A stretch of 64,000 nt of DNA from a virus: positions 1 to 64,000 of IMG/VR virus record IMGVR_UViG_3300037337_000032; one strand, given 5' to 3'. The notes under the pieces are model-generated. The model was not told where the DNA came from and did no database searches. It worked only from the letters and a program-made list of their open reading frames with translations. Shown piece after piece: positions 56,799 to 64,000 of this stretch (positions are counted from its first letter, which is position 1; each line of letters starts with the position of its first letter). The translations under genes were made by a program, and so were the position numbers.

Positions 56799-57167
56799 TT
56801 AATGTTTATTTAATCTGTATCTTACACTATCAGGTAGTTTACCACCTTCACTGGTATTCCAGCCCATATTCTTAAAAGGTCTGAAAATACTCTCTATGTA
56901 GTATGCTTGAGCTGCTGTGCATACGCATAATCTAGATATTATAATATCTTCTATTGCATATTCATTAAGTACAGTATGTAGTGCACTATAACTACTAGAA
57001 GTACTTTTAGCTTTTCTACAGTGCTCTTTAAATCTAACCTCTATTTCTCTAGTAGTAACACCAACGTATCCTTCTGAGAATACGTCAGTGTGTTCTTTTA
57101 AATGCAGCCAATATACATAAGCTGTTTTCTGGTTAGCCTGCGATAGACTACCTACGTTAGCCTGCAT
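56799..57167 (-). CDS. Free-standing GIY-YIG homing endonuclease (short)
   Basis: YVYW...GYVGVT....RFKEH, E...RP...GWN...GG. Confidence 0.8.
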   Translation of the reverse strand: MQANVGSLSQANQKTAYVYWLHLKEHTDVFSEGYVGVTTREIEVRFKEHCRKAKSTSSSYSALHTVLNEYAIEDIIISRLCVCTAAQAYYIESIFRPFKNMGWNTSEGGKLPDSVRYRLNKH

Positions 57168-58632
57168 TTTCTAAGTTGTTACTAGAAGTATCTGCACCTG
57201 TTGGCCCAAGCGAAGTACCTTCACCTGCTGTCTTAAAGCCGTCTCCACTTCGAGAAGTCATATCAGGCAAGTACTCTGCATTAGGTTCTTGCTCTGCAGG
57301 TAGACTATCTACTCCAATAGCTTCACGAACTCTATTTAGAACTGCACGATCAACTTCAAGAACAGAAGTACTTGCAAAACGCTGAATTGCTTTAGAGAAT
57401 GACTCAAGATCTTCAGCATCTAGGTTATCAAAGTCCATGTGACCCATTCTAGATATGTCCCATGAATTTAGTTCATAAGTTTGCTTGATCAAATCTTCGT
57501 TAATTACATCACGAATTTTCCTCAGCATTGCTTCGGCTGCAGTAGCTGAAAGTGAATTCTTAACTTGGCCTAAAGCATTAGATCCACCCCCAGACTGTCC
57601 TAGTACGAGAATATCTGCAAATAAGGAAGTTAAGATTGAATTCTTGTAGTACTCTTTAATCTTAGAAGTATCCATTGCTTTACTACCATTTAACGACAGT
57701 AGCTCTAATTCAAATAGAGGCTGTTTGGTATCTGGATCATGAGCTTGAGGTAAAATTAGAGCAGATTGTTGATTTAGCTGCATATTTCGCATTACGTTTT
57801 CATAGTACGATCTAATAGCTTTTTGATCCGTAGATGCATCTGCAGATAAATACTGCGGAGGTAGCTTTAGCACAGGAAGTCCAACTAAATCTTTAGCTAC
57901 ACCGTTAGCTTCAATCTCTTCGATTACACTTAGAAACCGCCAAGACAGATACGCATCTCTTAGCATGGACTTACCAAAAGGATCTCCTTTGTGCTTACCT
58001 GCTTTAAATAAGATAATCTTACTTCTACCTAAAATGACTTCGTTATTAGTACGTGTACTATAGCGATTATAGACGTCTGAAATAGCAGATAAATTCTGCT
58101 TGACGCCTTTCACTTCGTTACCATCTTCACTGAATATAAACTTCTCAATTGTCTCTTGACTTCTGATTGGTAGCTTTTTCCATCCAATGATACCGTCGTT
58201 ATATTTAGATCCATTGGATTTTAAACGCCTACGGTATACTTTTTCATGCACAGAGAAACCATACATATTTGCAGAAAGAGCTTCAGATATAAAGTCAGAC
58301 CAGCTGTACTCCTTCATATCTTGCATCATTTCATTTATAATCTCAGCTTCACGAAGCTCTTTAGCTGAAGCTCCAGCTACTGGTTTAAATATCCAATCAG
58401 CTTTTCCGATTAAGTTATCAAATAATGTTAAAGCTGAGTTAATTGTTCCGTGGTAAGACATTTGCTTATAAGTAGCAATACTGTGCGGAAAGTTCAACTC
58501 GCGTTTTAATTCATCGTTAGATACGCCATTAAAGACATTCAAACCAAGATAGCCTGTTTCACTTAATTTAAAACGCTCTGGATCTTCGCTAAATGATTTC
58601 TGTACTAAATTACTATTTGATTTACGTGCCAT
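57157..58632 (-). CDS. Portal protein (DUF935-like)
   Basis: YGFSVHEKVY, P.G.S.LR..Y..W....IE..EA.GV.KDL.G.P; follows terL. Confidence 0.9.
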   Translation of the reverse strand: MARKSNSNLVQKSFSEDPERFKLSETGYLGLNVFNGVSNDELKRELNFPHSIATYKQMSYHGTINSALTLFDNLIGKADWIFKPVAGASAKELREAEIINEMMQDMKEYSWSDFISEALSANMYGFSVHEKVYRRRLKSNGSKYNDGIIGWKKLPIRSQETIEKFIFSEDGNEVKGVKQNLSAISDVYNRYSTRTNNEVILGRSKIILFKAGKHKGDPFGKSMLRDAYLSWRFLSVIEEIEANGVAKDLVGLPVLKLPPQYLSADASTDQKAIRSYYENVMRNMQLNQQSALILPQAHDPDTKQPLFELELLSLNGSKAMDTSKIKEYYKNSILTSLFADILVLGQSGGGSNALGQVKNSLSATAAEAMLRKIRDVINEDLIKQTYELNSWDISRMGHMDFDNLDAEDLESFSKAIQRFASTSVLEVDRAVLNRVREAIGVDSLPAEQEPNAEYLPDMTSRSGDGFKTAGEGTSLGPTGADTSSNNLENAG

Positions 58633-58647
58633 TAACGGCTCCTTTTC

Positions 58648-61334
58648 TTATGATACTAATGAACTGCGATACTCAGGTATTACACCAGAAGCACCCGATC
58701 CAAAGGGGTTTGAACCTGTGAAGTCAGGTAGTGAAAACGTAGGAATAACTAGCTCTTTATTTAACAAAAGAAAGGCATCTGAACAAACGTCTGCAATGTC
58801 ATCTTTCTTTTTAGGGTCACCATCGAATACTTCAAGTTCATCATAAAACGCTTTGTTCCAGTCTGCTTTTACTACATTAATAAAACCAGCTTGTGCTACA
58901 CTTGAGAATGGTGCAAAGCGAGTAACCTTTGATTTAACTGGTTTAGACAACCTTACGTTGAAGCCCATCTCTCCTAATTTGCGCTGTAAATCTCTTGCAT
59001 AAGCTCCAGCAGCAGCAGCAGGATCAAGAGGGATAGATACTGTTACATCTTGACCATCATGCACTGCAGTCTCAAAGATCATTTTCTCTACGTTATGCAC
59101 TCTATCTCTCATAGACCGTAGATCTTCTACAGTATACACATTAGTACTATCCTTTGACATTAGCACGCCACGAGTCCAGTCTGGATTAGGGTACTGCTCC
59201 GAAGGCAAGCTAAAGGCAAGATCCCATGCTCTAATGCGCTTCTTAGCTCTTCCGTTAGGTAGCTCTACCTCTTGTACCCACTCGCGTTTAAACAGCCCAG
59301 AGGACTGCTGACGAGCGTACCATGAACCTAGTAGCAACCGTTCCATTTCTACTCTAGGCAATGCCTTGAGTTTAGATATATAGGTAGGATCTGCTTTCAT
59401 CAGTGGAGGGTTATCGTAGATTGTACCCGGTATGAACTTAAAGGTAAGAATACCAGATTGATCTCCTCCACCGTAAGTATCTTCTAGCTCTCGCTTAGTA
59501 TCCGACCACACAAGAGATCCACCTGCTACTTGCACCATGTAGCGCATCGGGTATATTTCTTTTCTAATTGGTATACCACGTTCATCTAATGCGAATTCTA
59601 CCCACTCTCTGATAAAACTATCATAGTCTGGATTGCCTGTAGCAAATGCTTGCTTCTTATAATCCACAGAAGTAGACCGTAGACGTGAAAGCAGGTAAAC
59701 TACGTTATCTTGATTCAACTGCTGTATTTCATCAAAGCCTAGAAACGTTATTTCTGAACCTTGATAGTTATACTTATCTGAAGCAGTATCTAAATATCCA
59801 AAACGTAATTTAGCTCCAGAACGAAAGATTAGCTCCTGCTCGCGCACTTTTACTCTCAGCTTAGGATCTACTTTTTTATACAGATTTACTGCTGAATCAA
59901 ATAAACCGCCTGGATTAGATATCTGTTTAGTAGTTCTTCTGAAGATTACACCACGAGTTCTAGGGTGGTGACAGAACTTCAGGAATGCACCTAAAAGACA
60001 GTGCGAATTATGAGTAACAATGTAATTACTCGTTAAGAATAATCTGTCTTCACCTGAAATACTTATGCATGTAGCGTAATCTGAGGCAACTTTTGTTATG
60101 CTGATTATGCGATTGCCAGTAATCTTGAACTTAGTCCTTGTACTTTTTCTAGGTAAGCTGAAGAGTTTGCTCTGATATTTACCTCTGATATATAAGTTGT
60201 ATGAATCTAAGCATGGTACCTTAGCACCTAACTTGTTTTTGTAATACGTCTTTTTAACCTTAATAGAACAAGTAAACCCAAGCGAATGCAATACCTGTTT
60301 GATATCCGAAGCTAGTACCTCAGATGCAGTAGAATAATAACAAGCACCGCCTGCGTCTACATAGCCGTCTGTATCCATCAAACCTTGTAGAAGGTTGAAA
60401 CGATCCTCTACTGTACTTCTTTTATATTCTTCTGGTATGAACTTAGTTTCAGACCTTTTACCATATAAGTTTAATTTCTTTAGTGCAGGTACTAGTTTTT
60501 GAACACCATACATAAATACATTATTAGGTTTCTCCGATGAGTACCTATTTACAGTATAACCTTCACTGCGAATTCTATCGATAATCTCTACATCTTGAGA
60601 GGTAATAGTAGCAATAGTTGACACTAAGCAGCCATCACCAATAAGCGCACCAAGTGTATATGGGGCTATATCTAACTGCTCTTTATCAAAGCCTATAGGC
60701 TCTGTAAGAGGTAGTATAGGTCTGAAACCTTTACCTAGTCTATTCAAAAGATGAAGAGTTGTATCAACCTTAACCTTGCCTCTGCCTCTAGCTTCATGGT
60801 AAGACCAAAGGTGCTCACCGCAAACATCTACAGTAGAAGCATCTTGCATCTCAACCCTGTAAATATCTACTACACCCTGTGGGAATATACCTGTTACTTT
60901 TTCCTTTGTGTTCTTGTGGGTTATTACTGTTTCGCCAATATAGATATCTTCTACATTCTTGAAACCAACATCAGTGAGCACTTTTTCACCATGTCTAAGT
61001 GCTTTACCAGAACCAGCTGCCTTTACTGTTATATGCTTCGTTAGAGCATCCCAAGTTTCCTTGGGTGTCGGACTATATCTTTGCAACTCAATGCACCTAC
61101 TGTTTCAGCTCCACTTGGAGCTTACTCCCTTGCGGGATAGTCTCTACACACGCCCGAAGTTTCCTTCTGCTTGGCTCGGTATTGCCCTCGTCTTTACGTT
61201 AGGGTTTCACCGAATTAAATAGGTTTTAAATGGAGGCGCATATGTTCACCACCATAGAATGTAATATCTGCATCACTCATTAAGAATTGTTCCTGAGCAC
61301 TAGATGCAGGTGAAAATACAATGTTACTTGACAT
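58648..61334 (-). CDS. terL: Terminase large subunit; exon 1 61334-61248, exon 2 61020-58648; contains an intein
   Basis: Spliced MSSNIVFSPASSAQEQFLMSDADITFYGG+AAGSGK|intein|S restores Walker A; Walker B FLGFDE, TGNP, RAWDLA, DD..D; mature about 487 aa. Confidence 0.92.
60007..61002 (-). mobile_element. Class-3-type intein (Ala1, 332 aa) with LAGLIDADG endonuclease in TerL Walker A
   Basis: ALRHGE start, EHLW block B, ATCISI block F, VTHN followed by Ser; LGALIGDG and LQGLMDTDG. Confidence 0.9.
61021..61247 (-). mobile_element. Self-splicing group I intron (IA2-like, 227 nt, no ORF) in terL
   Basis: Exon ends in U, intron ends in G; P1 AUGGUGGU/GCCUCCAU, P4 UUCGGU/ACCGAG, P7 GACUA/UAGUC, P7.1 and P7.2 hairpins, P9 GAAA. 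Confidence 0.92.
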
Positions 61335-61342
61335 TTATATCC

Positions 61343-61687
61343 TTAATCCGAGTTAATTACTTTTAAGCTAAATACTGGAGCATTCTGCTGCTGAATCTCA
61401 ATACCTGCTTCATCTTGTGCTTCTTCTGTGTCATACATATCTAAAGTTAATCTGCGATAGTTATCCAAAAGGATAGTTGCAGCTTTTAGCTGATTTTGAT
61501 GCGAAGCTTCTTGGTTCTTCATGATACTTGCAGCCTGTACAATAGCTTCAGCGATATGGGGCTTAATTCGCCTTAACAGCATAACCAACTCACGTTCTTT
61601 TAGTTCGCGGTTAGTTGGCTTATCACCTACAGTGTCTTGTCTAGGTGGTCTTCCCTGCGGGTTACCTGATTTACCTTTTATAAACAT
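61343..61687 (-). CDS. terS: Terminase small subunit-like protein
   Basis: F.KG.SGNP.GRP N-terminus, Q.KAA..LL; directly upstream of terL. Confidence 0.7.
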   Translation of the reverse strand: MFIKGKSGNPQGRPPRQDTVGDKPTNRELKERELVMLLRRIKPHIAEAIVQAASIMKNQEASHQNQLKAATILLDNYRRLTLDMYDTEEAQDEAGIEIQQQNAPVFSLKVINSD

Positions 61688-61701
61688 TTAATCTCTCCTA
61701 T

Positions 61702-61903
61702 GTTAGCTCTGGTTACGATTCCAGAATAGCCCTCTCGTAGCTATCGCCGATTAATACGCTGTTACTTTGAATAAGTACTTGGCTTGCTATGGCAGCAAGC
61801 TACCATCTGCAATACTCAGCTGAAGTGCAAACTTCATGTTACCTCGCAACAGATTCGAGGGACGCCTAAAACCGCAGCGACAACGTACCCAAGGTAGAGT
61901 TCC
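61702..61903 (-). ncRNA. Candidate ~200-nt multi-stem pseudoknotted RNA between tRNA-Tyr and terS
   Basis: Seven or more complementary segments, no ORF, GC-richer than flanks. Confidence 0.55.
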
Positions 61904-61988
61904 TGGTGGATATTCTAGGAGTCGAACCTAGTTGCCCGAAGGCCACAGATTTACAGTCTGCTGCAGTCGCCAATGCTGCTCAACATCC
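61904..61988 (-). tRNA. tRNA-Tyr(GUA)
   Basis: GGATGTT/AATATCC acceptor, GCAGA-CT GTA AA-TCTGT, variable arm GCC-TTCG-GGC, CTAGG-TTCGACT-CCTAG, CCA. Confidence 0.93.
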
Positions 61989-62019
61989 TTTTCTGTTTGC
62001 TATTGTGTAATATCGTATA

Positions 62020-62090
62020 TGGTAGCAGAGGAAGGACTCGAACCTTCTGCATCGAGCTTATGAGACTGACGGATACCCTGAATCCCTGCG
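62020..62090 (-). tRNA. Atypical tRNA-Met(CAU)-like gene with shortened D arm and 1:72 mismatch
   Basis: CGCAGGG/CTCTGCT-A-CCA, CT CAT AA loop, GAAGG-TTCGAGT-CCTTC. Confidence 0.6.
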
Positions 62091-62105
62091 TTAATTTAGT
62101 ACTTA

Positions 62106-62294
62106 CTAATCTTCTGTAATTGCGTTATCATAAAAGACAACTCGTGTCTTTCCGTTTGGGCGCTTTAATAATTCTAATTCTACTTGCATTTCAGAATCAA
62201 TGTCATCTAGAGCATCAGCTTGACAGCTTTCGCACTCAGAGCCTTGATCGAATACTACAAGTTTAAAATATTGGTTGCAACTTGTGCATCTCAT
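62106..62294 (-). CDS. Small CxxC/CxxC zinc-finger protein
   Basis: MRCTSC...CESC. Confidence 0.55.
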   Translation of the reverse strand: MRCTSCNQYFKLVVFDQGSECESCQADALDDIDSEMQVELELLKRPNGKTRVVFYDNAITED

Positions 62295-62308
62295 AATTGT
62301 TATTATTC

Positions 62309-62361
62309 TTTCTTTGTATATAGCTACGAAGATAATTTCTTTGTATATAGCTACGAAGATA
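62309..62361. repeat. Tandem 27-nt duplication
   Basis: ttctttgtatatagctacgaagataa present twice. Confidence 0.8.
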
Positions 62362-62565
62362 AACCTCGTATACTTTTGTAAGTCCCGGTTACTTATCCGG
62401 GTCACACTGAAGCATCTAGAACTGAAAGGAGTGAAAGGGTAGCTAGACTAACGTATGAAGATTGTCTTCTTTGTAGTGTTAAGCTTTTTCTGTCTTAAAC
62501 AGGTTTGCACCTCTTAATAGTGCAATTTATTTTAGATCTTGTACTTAATTCACAAAGAAGTCTCG

Positions 62566-62595
62566 ATTATAGCACAAGATATGCTGTATTTCAAG
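62566..62595 (-). promoter_or_regulatory. Sigma70-like promoter for tRNA/terminase unit
   Basis: CTTGAAATACAGCATATCTTGTGCTATAAT on minus strand. Confidence 0.65.
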
Positions 62596-62628
62596 AGCAA
62601 TATCAATTAATATCCAATATATCTGATA

Positions 62629-63120
62629 TCAATCGAATATACAATATCTGTTTAAAATCTTAGCGTATTTAAGTTGTATCCTAGAATACAGTATTTTAGC
62701 TATTACTACATCTTGCACTACTCTTACTTTATCCTTTGAATTCTCTTTCCATATCAGAAGATATGAAAACATATCCTTAGAATGCGGCTGCAGTTTTAAA
62801 GCACCTGATAAGTTTCTATGTGCTTCTTTGATAATATTATATATATTCTTAGGTAATAGTTTTAAGTTTATATACCTATAATCATCTTCATTTAAATTTC
62901 TATGCAAGACTACTTTATCTTTTTGCACTATTATATTTTGCACAAGTTGTATTGCTGTCTTATTAGCTTTAAACTTTAATCTCTTACCATTCTTATAAAA
63001 TATAATATAACCCTCTTCATTTGGAAATATCCTACGGTATCTTAAATTATTCTTTATTATAAAGAAAGCACCTTCAATCATGTCATAATCTAAAATTAAA
63101 CTTATTTCTGTTATTGTCAT
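62629..63120 (-). CDS. Degenerate HNH endonuclease-like protein
   Basis: LDYD...G.F, GY....NG....KA.K.A, VLHRNLN.DD.R..NL. Confidence 0.55.
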   Translation of the reverse strand: MTITEISLILDYDMIEGAFFIIKNNLRYRRIFPNEEGYIIFYKNGKRLKFKANKTAIQLVQNIIVQKDKVVLHRNLNEDDYRYINLKLLPKNIYNIIKEAHRNLSGALKLQPHSKDMFSYLLIWKENSKDKVRVVQDVVIAKILYSRIQLKYAKILNRYCIFD

Positions 63121-63124
63121 ATTG

Positions 63125-63830
63125 CACCTAATAAATAATAAAAGAATATACTTAGTATATTAATATAGGATATCAATGTAGGTTATATTAATATTGTAAT
63201 TATAGTTAAATCTACATTGGTATCCTATATTAACTATATTACTTGATCTGATTAACTAAAAATTACAGCTTTGATAGAAGCCTCTACAAGCTCTTTGTTG
63301 ATGTTCAGGCTACACACCCATCAACTTAGTCTCTACGAACCGTCTGAGAGCGTTCTAGAGCACCTGTTGAGCCTTTCTGACGATCTGCACCAACTACAAG
63401 TTCAGTATTGCACTAAAATTCAGTTTATTAGCACTAATCTTACTTTATTACTTTATTACTTTATTACTTTATTACTTTATTAAATAATAATAATATCACG
63501 AGCTGAATATAGATTATTAATATATATAATATATATAATAACAACTGCAGTTATACTATATATTAATAATCTATATTAAACTGCAGTTATACTAGTAGTT
63601 ATTTATATCTTAGTTATATATACAGTTTATTAATGTTACTATCTAATGTTAATATGTATAGTACTATCAGATGTTACTATTAATATATAACACATGATTA
63701 ACCTATATATAACTGAGATATAACTGCAGTTTAACGTATAGTATTAATATAGGTATTATTAACGTTAATAATAATATACGTATATAATATACATATATAC
63801 CTATATATATACGTTAGTATATTCTTAGTG
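63125..63830. other. Very AT-rich non-coding region with repeated AACTGCAGTT palindromes and TTTATTAC tandem repeats (possible origin or genome-end region)
   Basis: Direct inspection; no credible ORF. Confidence 0.55.
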
Positions 63831-63906
63831 TAGCACAGGTTTTTACACTTGTCAAGCTATTTCTATAAATTGTTTACTTGACTTGTGCAAAAGCTTATGT
63901 TACAAT
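63826..63906. promoter_or_regulatory. Divergent sigma70-like promoters
   Basis: Plus TTGACT-17 nt-TACAAT; minus TTGACA-17 nt-TACACT; AAGGAG-ATG at about 63953 starts a partial ORF. Confidence 0.65.
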
Positions 63907-64000
63907 AATTTAACATTAAGAGATTAACCCACATAACCCACAAAGGAGAGCTATGAATATTAAGAAAATTGAAGCATATAGTTTATTTGAATTCTGCCAA

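Noticed and set aside
61021-61086. ORF-track N-terminus MQRYSPTPKETWDALTKHITVK of terL
   Set aside because: It is translated intron sequence; the true start is ATG 61334 with an RBS, and splicing restores Walker A
60959-61222. Plus-strand ORFs over the intron as an intron-encoded nuclease
   Set aside because: Antisense to terL, with no nuclease motifs
61860-61903. HDV-like theta ribozyme 3' of tRNA-Tyr
   Set aside because: No complement to the first 7 nt (P1) or nested double-pseudoknot pattern found by eye
63271-63483. 70-aa ORF in the AT-rich region
   Set aside because: Low complexity, runs through TTTATTAC repeats, no RBS
1-64000. Stop-codon reassignment
   Set aside because: Core genes are intact under the standard code and no suppressor tRNA is present

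Overview
This 64 kb window is most of the genome of an AT-rich, apparently lytic tailed phage with a long non-contractile tail. No integrase or repressor is seen. A Bug/TctC gene hints at a betaproteobacterial host, but that is inference. Layout: (i) 1-7.4 kb, minus strand: small accessory and nucleotide-metabolism genes (SleB-like hydrolase, HU-like protein, intein-split ThyX, phosphoesterase, kinase, two deaminases). (ii) 7.6-25.4 kb, plus strand: DNA and RNA ligases, primase-helicase, PolA, a tRNA/ncRNA cluster, SSB, exonucleases, endonuclease VII, nrdB and nrdA. (iii) 25.5-63.1 kb, minus strand: lysis, tail, head, a large fibre/decoration cassette, portal, terminase and a second tRNA/ncRNA cluster. 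(iv) An AT-rich non-coding region at 63.1-63.95 kb. Highlights: the TerL Walker A motif is interrupted twice within 18 nt, by an ORF-less IA2 group I intron and a class-3 LAGLIDADG intein. There is a tRNA-shaped RNA with a replaced anticodon arm, and several unexplained highly structured RNAs sit beside tRNAs and a nucleotidyltransferase-like gene. A tail-linked ATP-grasp fusion lies next to a Bug/TctC gene. The tail chaperone probably uses a +1 frameshift. All calls come from reading motifs by eye; no database searches or folding programs were run.
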